A program made the translations under genes and the position numbers. The notes under the pieces were generated by a model that had not been told where the DNA came from, ran no database searches, and saw nothing but the letters and a program-made list of their open reading frames with translations. Of a stretch of DNA of 64,000 nt, positions 27,278-37,121 are shown piece after piece. Source of the DNA: Ostreococcus lucimarinus (taxonomy: Eukaryota); NCBI GenBank assembly GCA_000092065.1, contig CP000584.1; one strand, written 5' to 3'. The first letter of the stretch is position 1. Each line of letters starts with the position of its first letter.

Positions 27278-28237
27278 ATGGCCATGCTCGCCACGTCCCG
27301 CGCGTACGCTCTCGCGCACGCTCGCCCTCGCCTCGCCTCGCCGTACCGTCATCGCGCGTCGTCGTCGCACCGCGCGGTCGCGGTCGAATCGACGTCGACG
27401 ACGGCGAGCGATCTCGGCGCGCTCGGTGACGGACGATTCTCCAAGCTCCTCGGCGCGCTGGACGTCGCGGAATTGACGTCCGTGATCGCAGGAAGCGACG
27501 AAGCGCTGACGGTGTTCGCGCCGACGGACGAGGCGTTCGAGCGGTGCGCGCGGGACAGGGCGCTGGCGTTCGAGGAACTCGCCGAACGCGAAAACTTGGA
27601 CGAGATATTGAAGTATCACGTCGTGAGCGGCGCGGTGAAGTCGAGCGATTTGAAGAGTGGACAAGTGAAGACGCTGAATGGACGCTCTGTGAAGGTTGAC
27701 GTCGCTGGGGGTGAGGTGAAGGTCGACGGCGTCAAGGTGACGGAGGCGGATAAGGCGGCGTTCGGGGGCAACGTCGTCGTGCACGTCGTGGACGAGGTTG
27801 TTTTTCCGGCGTTTTCGATCAACGCCAAAGTGCAAACGCCGCAAGAAATTCTTGCGTTCGAGGGATGGGCGCCGGAGGTGATTAACGGACGCGTCGCCAT
27901 GCTTGGGTTCGTGCTGGCGCTGACGGGCGAAATCGCCACGGGGGAGTCGTTCACGACGCAGGCGGCGAACAACTTTGGCGAGCTCACGCGCACGATGTTC
28001 GTGTGGAGCTTGGCGTCTCTTTTCCCGGCGTTCAGTTCGAACGAGGGGTACGAGGCGAACCCGTTCAAGATGGCTGACAGTAAGGAATGGGAATTTGTTT
28101 TCCGCGGTTGCCCGCCGTGGCTCGCGGTGAAGGATGTCTTTTCGCCCGAGGTTGAACAGCTGAACGGCCGCGCCGCCATGATTGGCTGCGCTTCGATGAT
28201 CGTTCTTGAAACGCTCCTGGGACACGCGCTCTTCTAG
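27278..28237 (+). CDS. plastid-targeted FAS1 (fasciclin) domain fused to a two-helix LHC/ELIP-like chlorophyll-binding module
   Basis: It has an S/R/A-rich N-terminal presequence. A FAS1 domain follows (LTVFAPTDEAFER...ILKYHVVSG...NGRSVKVD...NVVVHVVDEVVFP). Then come two CAB-type helices carrying the Chl-ligand motif E-x-x-NGR-x-AM: WAPEVINGRVAMLGFVLALTGE and SPEVEQLNGRAAMIGCASMIVLE. ATG is at 27278 and stop TAG at 28235-37. Confidence 0.7.
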   Translation: MAMLATSRAYALAHARPRLASPYRHRASSSHRAVAVESTSTTASDLGALGDGRFSKLLGALDVAELTSVIAGSDEALTVFAPTDEAFERCARDRALAFEELAERENLDEILKYHVVSGAVKSSDLKSGQVKTLNGRSVKVDVAGGEVKVDGVKVTEADKAAFGGNVVVHVVDEVVFPAFSINAKVQTPQEILAFEGWAPEVINGRVAMLGFVLALTGEIATGESFTTQAANNFGELTRTMFVWSLASLFPAFSSNEGYEANPFKMADSKEWEFVFRGCPPWLAVKDVFSPEVEQLNGRAAMIGCASMIVLETLLGHALF

Positions 28238-28364
28238 TGCGTCTTCGCGGACTCGCGCGACTTTTGTCTTTTCTTTTGTTTGGAGAGAGGCAGTGTTCGT
28301 TGGAATGTGGCGATGTTTTTTCGTTACGATCGGTAATTTTTTAGACAAATGAAGATTGTTTTAA

Positions 28365-31300
28365 TCAAAGTCGAAATCGTCGATTCTCCGCCGTCGTCTT
28401 CGAAGGCATGACTTCATCAGAGTCGGAGAAGATCGATTCGTACTCATCGTCCGAATCGCTTTCTACAATGGTCGCTTTTCTCGCTCGTGACGACCTTGGG
28501 AGCTCTAAATCAGGCGCGGCGTTGACCAACCTGTCCGAAGCGCGCGTCGCCTTGTTCCATTTGAAAGCTCGGCGAAGCGCTATGAGATGGAGACGAAGGC
28601 AACGTGCATCACTCTTTTCGTTCGATCTGTGCGAGCAGCGAAGTAGAGGAGCCATCCAGCTCCACGGCAACCAGCCAGGCTGGAGCCAATCGCTTTCGAT
28701 CGCACGCTGAAAGACGATGATCGCCGCCGCGAGCGCAGAAAGCGTTTGAGCCGACCCGGCAAGGTTTCGCCACATCGCTCGGCGCGTCTCGCTCCCGAGC
28801 ACAGAGTTAAAGGCAACGTCGGGAATTTCGCTTTCCAAGGTCAAGAATGCGGATCGAACGCGAGAAATGCCTTCGACATCATCGCTCACTCCGCTCGTCG
28901 CCCATTCGCCATCGTCAGGCCGAGAAGGCAATGCATCGACATCCTTCAAGGCTGCTTGATCCGCGCCGTATCGACGTTGCAACGAGCGCCAAAGATCACC
29001 TTCTTTTCTTCCTTTCGGATTTATGTTGTCGATCAAAACCTTAGTTTCGCTCAACGTCATAATTCCATACTCCGGCTCGACGTCATGATGCTCGTTATCC
29101 TTCGCCGCTTGCACGATGACTTCGCCCCAATTGCCCAATGCCCAGTATTTTTGTCTATGACGATCCGAGCCCAAAGGCTCCCGTCGCGGTGCGGTTTGCA
29201 GCTGGGGCACTTCGACTTCGTGCCACTTGCTTTGCCATCGCACGCGAGCTTGCGCGAGTTCTTCTTCCGTCGGCACTTTTTGTTGCTTTGTTTGCTGGGG
29301 TGCCTTTGCCTTCTTTTCCTTCTTCTCCTCGGGCTTCACCTCTTCGGCGGGCGACGCTTGCGCTTCATCAACATCCATCGGTTGGGTTTCATCCTTAGCC
29401 TTGGCTTCCTCGGCCGCTTTCGCCTCCTCGGCTGCTTTCGCTTCCTCAGCGTCACGCGCCTCACCCTTGCCATCTTCACGATCTAACCGATATTCGCTCC
29501 AAGCTTTGATGTGCTGTCTGATATCCTTCTTGGTTTCGTTGGCCAAGTTCACTCCGTTGTCAATCGAGGTTCGCAACGCGACAGAATCTAACGCTACCGT
29601 CATCAACGTCCGCAACAAAGTGACGCGAGCCTGAGGAGACAAACCATCAAAGCCGACAGCGTCGATATCGCGCGCCAGCGATCTCAATCGTCGCGCAAAG
29701 GCTCCACGGCAACCGCCTGTGTATACGGCGTCTTCGGCGGCGTTGTCGACTTTCTCCATCATGGCGTCTCGTGCGATAATCATCTCGCCCGTGGATGCTT
29801 TGTGCAACGTAGTGCCTTCGAAGGATTTGCAACAACTCACATTGGGCGCATCGTTGTTTTCCTTCTCGCGCACGCAAGTTGGGCAGAACCATTCACCTTC
29901 TGGTTCGGCGAGCAATGGAGGGTCGAGGCACTTTGCGTGGTACTCCCCATCGCAAGAATCGCACAAAAGCACAGTTCCGGCCATGACATCTAATCCGCAC
30001 ACGGAGCAGCCTTCATCCCAAGGGGTCTTCGGAAGTTCGTCGGATCCCGCCTTGGTTTGCTTGAGCGCACCTTCGACAGCCGCGATTAACTCCTTCTTTG
30101 CCTTGGCACCGTTGCCATTAGTGAGACTGGCCATGTTTGTGGCCGCTTCGAGTACGTCTGCTTTGATGAGTTCGTCCATCTCGTCTGCGTTGCTCGTCGA
30201 ATGCGCCGCTGCAGCGTACACGCCCGCGCCGAGGCGAGCGTCGAGGAGACGAATGTCCAAGCCTCTTGGATGTTGTCCCTTCACAGCAGCGCCGTCACCG
30301 CGAAGGCACACTTGGCTCATCGAATGCTGGCACGCCATGTTCCTCAGTGCACATCGAACAGCGTGAATGTGTTGCGACGATTTCGCTTCGGCAACTGCAC
30401 TCTTAGCTTTTTGTCGACGAGACTCAACGACGCGCGAAGAGGAGTCATCAGAGACGCCAGAGCCCAGTGCGTACATCTCAATCTCGGCTGCCGCCAAAGC
30501 TTCGGCGTCACTCAACGCGCAAAGAGCAGGGGAGACTCGAGCGCTGTACTTTTCGACTGCATGACCATGCCAAACTGCACCTTCCGCGTATGAAAGCGGA
30601 TCGATGCCAGCATCACCTGAACACATGTAACGAGTGAAGACATCCGCGGCTTCAGGGAGAATCGGCGGGGCATCTTTCAAGTACGGCTCGTACGCGGGCA
30701 TATCGTGGATCACAGAAGCAGCGTACAAAAATCGACGCACAAGTTCTTGCCACACACCTTTCGTATCCGAGATATGCGAATGCGCATCTGGAAGGAGCTG
30801 CAATGCGCTTGCGCTGGACTTATCCACAGACGCGGCAGCGTCAGCCACGCACGGAGCGATGAGAGCCAAGTGCAAAGAAGCCATGAACTCTTCTGATTCC
30901 TTGGGATTCGACAGCACGCGCGCCAAGGCTTGAACCGTAGGGGGTGATTTCACATCGGCGGCGGATCCAAAGAGTTCACGCTTGAAGCGATCGAGAAACA
31001 TCCAAATTTCCATGATGTCGCCCAACTCTGACTTTTCTTTGAAATCTGGTTCGATCTTCAAGTTTGGCGACATCACAGGCGGCGAGTAAGTCGTATCGGC
31101 GCTATCCGATTCGCGTTCACTCATACCAACGAGCCACTCCTTCTGTTTGTTCTCGAGTTCGTTCATCATTTTGGCGCGTTCTGCATCACGCTTCTTCTTC
31201 TCCTCGGCCTCTTTCGCACGTTTTGCCTTGTTTATCTCCTTTTGCGCTTCGCGTTCGATCGCTGCCTTGGCCTTCGCCGCTTCTCGAACAACCTTCTCCG

Positions 31301-32789
31301 CTTCCCTTTGAGCTTCTTTCTGCATTTTAGCTGCTTGCTTCGCCGCTTCCTTCTCTGCTTTGGCAGCCTCCCGCAAAGAGTCGCGATGCTGCTTCATCAT
31401 GTCCGCGAGCGTTCTTTTCGCGTCCAAACGCTCCTCTCTTTGCTTCGCACGCGTCGCAGCGCTGTCAACGCGCGATATGAGACGCTCAATCAGCTTGCTA
31501 ATGGACTTCTCGACCCTGCTCTGTGCCGACTTTTCGGTCTTTTCCTTCTTCGTCATCTCGCGAATCTTGGCGAGAATTTCCTTGGAATCGCAGAGACGCG
31601 ATTTGGAGCGGCGAACTCGTTCTTCAAACCACCCCTCACGCTCTTCGACAAATTGGTACTTGGCAGCCGCGTCAGATCCTGGCAAACTTTCGATTGCACG
31701 AACGACGCGAACATCATCAAACGAAAAGTGGTCGTGGATCCCAATGGAAACCATGGGGCCGATGGTTTCGCACATCTCAAGCCAAGCACCGAGCGGAGAA
31801 GCCGAGCACACACTCACAGTAGAACCGTCTTTTTCCGTCGACACGACGAATTCAGGCGCATTATCGGAAGCTTTCGTGACTTCACTCGTAAACGTCACGC
31901 CAGAGTCGTTCTTCCAAATCGTCTTGTAACCAAGTGGCCAAATGTGCACGTCATCGTGAAACTCATCGTTATCGCCAAGAACTTGGCCGAAACTCTCCAC
32001 AACCAAATTTTCTCCTAAATCCATCGGCACCGTCGGTTGCTCGGCTTCTCGAGCCTTCTTCACCGCCTCCTCGCGAGACAGCGGCTTGAAGTGTTCGGGT
32101 TTCTTCGCCGCGGCGGACGATTTGAGAATTTTTTGCGGCGCGAGCCCGAGCGCGCGCACCACCTCCAATCTCGATCGATACCTCTCCTTATCGGGCGACC
32201 AGTACAGCGCATCGTACGTTCCCGCGCTCGCGCCTTGTGTCCGCATCGTCGCCGTGCACGTCCAATCATCCGAAAGCTGTCCTCCGCACTTGGCCACGTA
32301 CTCTCGCAACGCCTCCAGCAACGCCGGCGTCGGATCATCCGCGCTCCGATCCGCCCGAATCGCCCCTCCTGTCGTCACCTTCACCCGTTTCGCCGCCTGT
32401 TCATCCCCACCGCTCGCCTCCGCGTTCGCCCCAACCACTTTCCCATCGACGATTTTCGCCCCGGCGCCGACGCTCGCGCTTCGTCCTCGCGTCGACGCGT
32501 GAAAGTCATCGTCATCGTCCTCCTCCTCGTCTTCGTCCTCCTCGTCGATCGAGCTCGCGTCGTAATCCGCATCCTCATCATCCTCGACCCCGTCGTCGCT
32601 CGGTCTCACCGCGCGTCCGTTCGTCGTCGTCGCGTCTCTCGTCGTCTCGGTCTCGACAGGTGTCTTTTGATCATCATCGCCCGTTCGCGTCGCCGCCGTC
32701 GCGTTTTCCCTCGTCTCTTCGCCCTCGCGCGCGTCTTCCCGCGACGCGATCGTCCTTTTGTGCATCTTGAACACTCCCGCGGCGTCCAT
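28365..32789 (-). CDS. BAZ/MBD9-like chromatin protein with MBD, DDT-like, two PHD and WSD/WHIM motifs
   Basis: An MBD core (DWTCTATMRTQGASAGTYDALYWSPDKERYRSRLEVVRALG) resembles the MeCP2 MBD. PHD fingers are CSVCGLDVMAGTVLLCDSCDGEYHAKCLDPPLLAEPEGEWFCPTC and another Cys/His cluster upstream. A K/E-rich coiled region and a C-terminal WSD-like WRNLAGSAQTLSALAAAIIVFQRAIESDWLQPGW are present. The first ATG is at 32787-89 (MDAAGVF...); the ORF-track extension to 33050 is TTG-initiated. Stop is TGA at 28365-67. Confidence 0.7.
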   Translation of the reverse strand: MDAAGVFKMHKRTIASREDAREGEETRENATAATRTGDDDQKTPVETETTRDATTTNGRAVRPSDDGVEDDEDADYDASSIDEEDEDEEEDDDDDFHASTRGRSASVGAGAKIVDGKVVGANAEASGGDEQAAKRVKVTTGGAIRADRSADDPTPALLEALREYVAKCGGQLSDDWTCTATMRTQGASAGTYDALYWSPDKERYRSRLEVVRALGLAPQKILKSSAAAKKPEHFKPLSREEAVKKAREAEQPTVPMDLGENLVVESFGQVLGDNDEFHDDVHIWPLGYKTIWKNDSGVTFTSEVTKASDNAPEFVVSTEKDGSTVSVCSASPLGAWLEMCETIGPMVSIGIHDHFSFDDVRVVRAIESLPGSDAAAKYQFVEEREGWFEERVRRSKSRLCDSKEILAKIREMTKKEKTEKSAQSRVEKSISKLIERLISRVDSAATRAKQREERLDAKRTLADMMKQHRDSLREAAKAEKEAAKQAAKMQKEAQREAEKVVREAAKAKAAIEREAQKEINKAKRAKEAEEKKKRDAERAKMMNELENKQKEWLVGMSERESDSADTTYSPPVMSPNLKIEPDFKEKSELGDIMEIWMFLDRFKRELFGSAADVKSPPTVQALARVLSNPKESEEFMASLHLALIAPCVADAAASVDKSSASALQLLPDAHSHISDTKGVWQELVRRFLYAASVIHDMPAYEPYLKDAPPILPEAADVFTRYMCSGDAGIDPLSYAEGAVWHGHAVEKYSARVSPALCALSDAEALAAAEIEMYALGSGVSDDSSSRVVESRRQKAKSAVAEAKSSQHIHAVRCALRNMACQHSMSQVCLRGDGAAVKGQHPRGLDIRLLDARLGAGVYAAAAHSTSNADEMDELIKADVLEAATNMASLTNGNGAKAKKELIAAVEGALKQTKAGSDELPKTPWDEGCSVCGLDVMAGTVLLCDSCDGEYHAKCLDPPLLAEPEGEWFCPTCVREKENNDAPNVSCCKSFEGTTLHKASTGEMIIARDAMMEKVDNAAEDAVYTGGCRGAFARRLRSLARDIDAVGFDGLSPQARVTLLRTLMTVALDSVALRTSIDNGVNLANETKKDIRQHIKAWSEYRLDREDGKGEARDAEEAKAAEEAKAAEEAKAKDETQPMDVDEAQASPAEEVKPEEKKEKKAKAPQQTKQQKVPTEEELAQARVRWQSKWHEVEVPQLQTAPRREPLGSDRHRQKYWALGNWGEVIVQAAKDNEHHDVEPEYGIMTLSETKVLIDNINPKGRKEGDLWRSLQRRYGADQAALKDVDALPSRPDDGEWATSGVSDDVEGISRVRSAFLTLESEIPDVAFNSVLGSETRRAMWRNLAGSAQTLSALAAAIIVFQRAIESDWLQPGWLPWSWMAPLLRCSHRSNEKSDARCLRLHLIALRRAFKWNKATRASDRLVNAAPDLELPRSSRARKATIVESDSDDEYESIFSDSDEVMPSKTTAENRRFRL

Positions 32790-33020
32790 GGCGACCCGGG
32801 GCGCGCGCCGGCGCGTCGTCAAGTCCGGCTGGTTTGAAATGCGAACCTCGAGCGGGGCGCGTGTCGACGGAATTCGCGCGCGCGCGGCGACACACTGGCG
32901 CGCGCGCGCCCGATCGGCGCGGTCTCGCGAGACGACGAGGCGAGGAAACGGAACGACCGCGCGCGCGCGCGAAGCGGAGGGGCGAACGCGCGCGCATCGG
33001 CGCGCGAACGGGCGATTTCG

Positions 33021-36000
33021 ATGAGCGAAAAGATGAAATCGGCGTTTCAAGCGGCCAAGTCAAAGGTTTCGAGCGCGGTCGAGACGACCAAGGCGCGGTC
33101 GAAGGCGCGACAGACGTCCGCGGGGGGGAGCATGGATGTCGATGCGTCGTTAAGGGGGGTCGGGGACGACGGAGACGCGCGCGAGGCGCTGCGCGAGGCG
33201 AGGGAACACGCGAATTCGTTGGAGCGAGCGCAGGCGGCGCTGAACGGGGAGATGCGGCGGATGGCGAATGAATACGAAAGGGTGCGCGGTGAGCTCGATG
33301 CGGTGAGCCGGGAGAAAGAAGAGGTTCGACAACGAGCGTCGGCGGCGTGGACGGAGATGACGGCGGAGATCGAGGCGTTGAAGGCGGAGCTCGAGCGGGC
33401 TCGAGGCGGGAAAGCGGAGGGCGACGCGGGAGAAGACGCCATAGATGAACTCAAGCAAAAGGCGCACTTGGAGGCGCGAGCGATTAAAAAGGTTCTTATT
33501 GAAGACAGGGAAAAGTTTGCCGCGACGGAGGCTGAGTTGAGGGGGAGAATTAAAGAATTAGAGGACGCGCTCGCGAATGTCGAGGAAGGCGCCAAGTACA
33601 CAAGCGAGGCGAACGCGGAGCTATCGTCCAACGTGCAGACGTTGGAGTCGCAAGTTTCTTCGCTTCGGATAGAAGTGAACGAGAAAAACGCCACGGTAGA
33701 GCGTTTGGAGCGAGCGAGCGCGGCGCCGTCTGAAGAAGTTGCGGCGGCACGTGCGGAGACTCGACAGACGCAAGCCCAAGCCGAAAGACTCGAGTCTTTG
33801 CTCGAGGTCACGAAGTCGGAACTCGAAAAGACGACGTCTTCGCTCGAACAAGAAGAAGCGAACGGCGCTAAAACACGCGAAGCCGTGGTGTCGCTAGAGT
33901 CTCAGTTAGCGGCGGTAACAGCAGAGCTGCAAGCAAGTACAGACGCTCAAGCGTCCACAAGCTCTGCAACAGACGAACTCAAGGCAGAATTAGCCGCCGC
34001 ACGAGTCGAGTACGGCCAAGTACGGTCCGAGCTCGAGGCGAAATCGAAGGCGCTGGAGCAGGCGCAGGCTTCAAGCGTGGCGACAAGTGAGCTCGAGGCG
34101 GAGCTGGCTTCCACGCGCTCTGAGCTCGAGGCGAAATCGAAGGCGCTGGAGCAGGCGCAGGCTTCAAGCGTGGCGACAAGTGAGCTCGAGGCGGAGCTGG
34201 CTTCCACGCACTCTGAGCTCGAGGCGAAATCGAAGGCGCTGGAGCAGGCGCAGGCTTCAAGCGTGGCGACAAGTGAGCTCGAGGCGGAGCTGGCTTCCAC
34301 GCGCTCTGAGCTCGAGGCGAAATCGAAGGCGCTGGAGCAGGCGCAGGCTTCAAGCGTGGCGACAAGTGAGCTCGAGGCGGAGCTGGCTTCCACGCGCTCT
34401 GAGCTCGAGGCGAAATCGAAGGCGCTGGAGCAGGCGCAAGCTTCAAGCGTGGCGACAAGTGAGCTCGAGGCGGAGCTGGCTTCCACGCGCTCTGAGCTCG
34501 AGGCGAAATCGAAGGCGCTGGAGCAGGCGCAGGCTTCAAGCGTGGCGACAAGTGAGCTCGAGGTGGAGCTGGCTTCCACGCACTCTGAGCTCGAGGCGAA
34601 ATCGAAGGCGCTGGAGCAGGCGCAGGCTTCAAGCGTGGCGACAAGTGAGCTCGAGGCGGAGCTGGCTTCCACGCGCTCTGAACTCGAGGCGAAATCGAAG
34701 GCGCTGGAGCAGGCGCAGGCTTCAAGCGTGGCGACAAGTGAGCTCGAGGCGGAGCTGGCTTCCACGCGCTCTGAGCTCGAGGCGAAATCGAAGGCGCTGG
34801 AGCAGGCGCAGGCTTCAAGCGTGGCGACAAGTGAGCTCGAGGCGGAGCTGGCTTCCACGCACTCTGAGCTCGAGGCGAAATCGAAGGCGCTGGAGCAGGC
34901 GCAGGCTTCAAGCGTGGCGACAAGTGAGCTCGAGGCGGAGCTGGCTTCCACGCACTCTGAGCTCGAGGCGAAATCGAAGGCGCTGGAGCAGGCGCAGGCT
35001 TCAAGCGTGGCGACAAGTGAGCTCGAGGCGGAGCTGGCTTCCACGCGCTCTGAGCTCGAGGCGAAATCGAAGGCGCTGGAGCAGGCGCAGGCTTCAAGCG
35101 TGGCGACAAGCGAGCTCGAGGCGGAGCTGGCTTCCACGCACTCTGAGCTCGAGGCGAAATCGAAGGCGCTGGAGCAGGCGCAGGCTTCAAGCGTGGCGAC
35201 AAGCGAGCTCGAGGCGGAGCTGGCTTCCACGCGCTCTGAGCTCGAGGCGAAATCGAAGGCGCTGGAGCAGGCGCAGGCTTCAAGCGTGGCGACAAGCGAG
35301 CTCGAGGCGGAGCTGGCTTCCACGCGCTCTGAGCTCGAGGCGAAATCGAAGGCGCTGGAGCAGGCGCAGGCTTCAAGCGTGGCGACAAGTGAGCTCGAGG
35401 CGGAGCTGGCTTCCACGCGCTCTGAGCTCGAGGCGAAATCGAAGGCGCTGGAGCAGGCGCAGGCTTCAAGCGTGGCGACAAGCGAGCTCGAGGCGGAGCT
35501 GGCTTCCACGCGCTCTGAGCTCGAGGCGAAATCGAAGGCGCTGGAGCAGGCGCAGGCTTTGTCAAGTGAGACGCAGCAACGGTTGGAAACCGCTCGCAAC
35601 ACATCGCAGTCGGAAGTATCCGTGCTGAAGCAAGAGCTTGTAGAAAAGAATCATGCTCTTGCGGAAGCGCAAGCGTCGAGTGTGAACGTGGAAGAAATTC
35701 AAGCCACGACTCAGTTGTTGGAATCTCAGCTTGTTGCAGTGAAAGCAGAGCTTGAAGCAAAGAGCGCAGAGCTCGACGCACAGAAGGAGGCACTCATGCG
35801 CGCCGAAGCGACGAAGAGTTCAAGCGCAGAAGAAGTCGAAACAATGAAAACGACGTTAATGTCTCAACTTGCGATGGTGCAAGACGAACTCGCGTCAAAG
35901 ACCGAGGCGCTCAAGAAGGCAGAGTCTGCGTCGAACGCTGCAGCACAAGAAAAAGCAGCCGCGAAGGAATTGTTCGATTCACAATTGAGCTCTGCGCGAG

Positions 36001-37058
36001 CGGAAATTGAATCAAAGACGAGTGAGGCACAAAGTGCATCGGACGCAAGGGACGCCCTGCAGTCCAAGGTGAGCGCCCTTCAAGGCGAGCTTCAGGCGAA
36101 ACATGAAGCGCTCGAGCTTGCGCAAGCCTCAACGGGATCAGCGACGGACGAACTCCAATCGAGCCTCGATGCGGCTCGTCAACGAGCCCTTGGTTTTGAA
36201 ACCGATCTCGAAGCGCTTCGTGCAGAGCTCGCGGCTCTTCGTGCAGAGCTCGCGGATAAAACGCAAGCGCTCACCGCGTTTGAGCAGAATGCCTCCGCCG
36301 CGAGGACGGAGCTACAAGAGAAACTCGAGAAGAGTCTTGAGCACGCTCGAGCAGAGAATCAACAAGTAACGGAAAAACACGAGGAAGTGCAGGCGACGTT
36401 ATTGACGGATGTGGAATCGCTCAAGGCGAATCTAGAGTCGGCAGAGACTCGTAATGCCGTCATGGAAGAGGAGCTTCGCTTGACAAACGAAGCGCTGAAT
36501 CGTTCATCCGTCGAAGCCTCGGGCATTGAAAGTGTTCGCACACAGCTCGCTGAGGTCAGCGAGCGTTTCAAAGAGTCCGAAATGGAAAGATCCACTCTCG
36601 AGCAAAGTCTGCGCGTCGCGAACGAGCGCCTGACCTCGTTGGAAGAACGACTCAAAGTTGCTGAGGAGAACGATGCCTCCGCCGCCGAGGCGCTCCGTGA
36701 AGCCAATGAACAAGCCGCGAAGGCGAAGGATAACGTCGCGTCCATCGCCTCCGTGAGCGCCACCCAATTCGCTCAAGAGCGTCAAATGATGAAAAATGCC
36801 CTGAGCGAGCTCCAAACCGAGCGTGACATCCTCGTCAAGATGCTCAAAACTTTTCACGCGCACGGCGTCGTGCACTCGACGAGCGAGACAGCGTCTCATC
36901 GCGACGCCAGCGAGAGCGTCTTCGGGGACGGCCCTTCGGAGTTCGCCCGGCGTTTCACCGATTCCGCGTCATTAGCTGGCGTGTTCACCCCGAGAAAACG
37001 CGCCCCGTACGTTGACCTCGACCGGCAGTCCCCCAACTCACCGCGCTCGCCCAACTGA
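33021..37058 (+). CDS. large coiled-coil protein (1345 aa) with 16.5 tandem 31-aa repeats SELEAKSKALEQAQASSVATSELEAELASTR/H
   Basis: A real ATG at 33021 is divergent from the BAZ-like gene, 231 bp away. It is a continuous A/E/L/K/Q-rich heptad protein with N- and C-terminal unique coiled-coil regions flanking the repeat block. Stop is TGA at 37056-58. No motor or globular domain was recognised. Confidence 0.75.
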   Translation: MSEKMKSAFQAAKSKVSSAVETTKARSKARQTSAGGSMDVDASLRGVGDDGDAREALREAREHANSLERAQAALNGEMRRMANEYERVRGELDAVSREKEEVRQRASAAWTEMTAEIEALKAELERARGGKAEGDAGEDAIDELKQKAHLEARAIKKVLIEDREKFAATEAELRGRIKELEDALANVEEGAKYTSEANAELSSNVQTLESQVSSLRIEVNEKNATVERLERASAAPSEEVAAARAETRQTQAQAERLESLLEVTKSELEKTTSSLEQEEANGAKTREAVVSLESQLAAVTAELQASTDAQASTSSATDELKAELAAARVEYGQVRSELEAKSKALEQAQASSVATSELEAELASTRSELEAKSKALEQAQASSVATSELEAELASTHSELEAKSKALEQAQASSVATSELEAELASTRSELEAKSKALEQAQASSVATSELEAELASTRSELEAKSKALEQAQASSVATSELEAELASTRSELEAKSKALEQAQASSVATSELEVELASTHSELEAKSKALEQAQASSVATSELEAELASTRSELEAKSKALEQAQASSVATSELEAELASTRSELEAKSKALEQAQASSVATSELEAELASTHSELEAKSKALEQAQASSVATSELEAELASTHSELEAKSKALEQAQASSVATSELEAELASTRSELEAKSKALEQAQASSVATSELEAELASTHSELEAKSKALEQAQASSVATSELEAELASTRSELEAKSKALEQAQASSVATSELEAELASTRSELEAKSKALEQAQASSVATSELEAELASTRSELEAKSKALEQAQASSVATSELEAELASTRSELEAKSKALEQAQALSSETQQRLETARNTSQSEVSVLKQELVEKNHALAEAQASSVNVEEIQATTQLLESQLVAVKAELEAKSAELDAQKEALMRAEATKSSSAEEVETMKTTLMSQLAMVQDELASKTEALKKAESASNAAAQEKAAAKELFDSQLSSARAEIESKTSEAQSASDARDALQSKVSALQGELQAKHEALELAQASTGSATDELQSSLDAARQRALGFETDLEALRAELAALRAELADKTQALTAFEQNASAARTELQEKLEKSLEHARAENQQVTEKHEEVQATLLTDVESLKANLESAETRNAVMEEELRLTNEALNRSSVEASGIESVRTQLAEVSERFKESEMERSTLEQSLRVANERLTSLEERLKVAEENDASAAEALREANEQAAKAKDNVASIASVSATQFAQERQMMKNALSELQTERDILVKMLKTFHAHGVVHSTSETASHRDASESVFGDGPSEFARRFTDSASLAGVFTPRKRAPYVDLDRQSPNSPRSPN
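34026..35562 (+). repeat. 93-bp tandem repeat, ~16.5 near-identical copies, in frame inside the coiled-coil CDS
   Basis: The unit is tc(t/c)gagctcgaggcgaaatcgaaggcgctggagcaggcgcaggcttcaagcgtggcgacaag(t/c)gagctcgagg(c/t)ggagctggcttccacgc(g/a)c. Copies differ only at ~4 positions: cgc/cac giving R/H, gcg/gtg giving E/V, agt/agc and gag/gaa synonymous. The period is 93 = 31 codons. Confidence 0.92.
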
Positions 37059-37121
37059 AATAAATAGCTCACGTTGCAACCATCGTATCTATGCCTCACC
37101 GCCGCCTCACACAGATGCACG

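Noticed and set aside
33947-35793. Antisense and alternate-frame ORFs (551 aa, 604 aa, 513 aa) across the 93-bp repeat
   Set aside because: They are periodic artefacts of the tandem repeat; only the + frame gives a heptad coiled coil continuous with unique flanks and a real ATG. It is not a CRISPR array: units are contiguous and identical, with no spacers.
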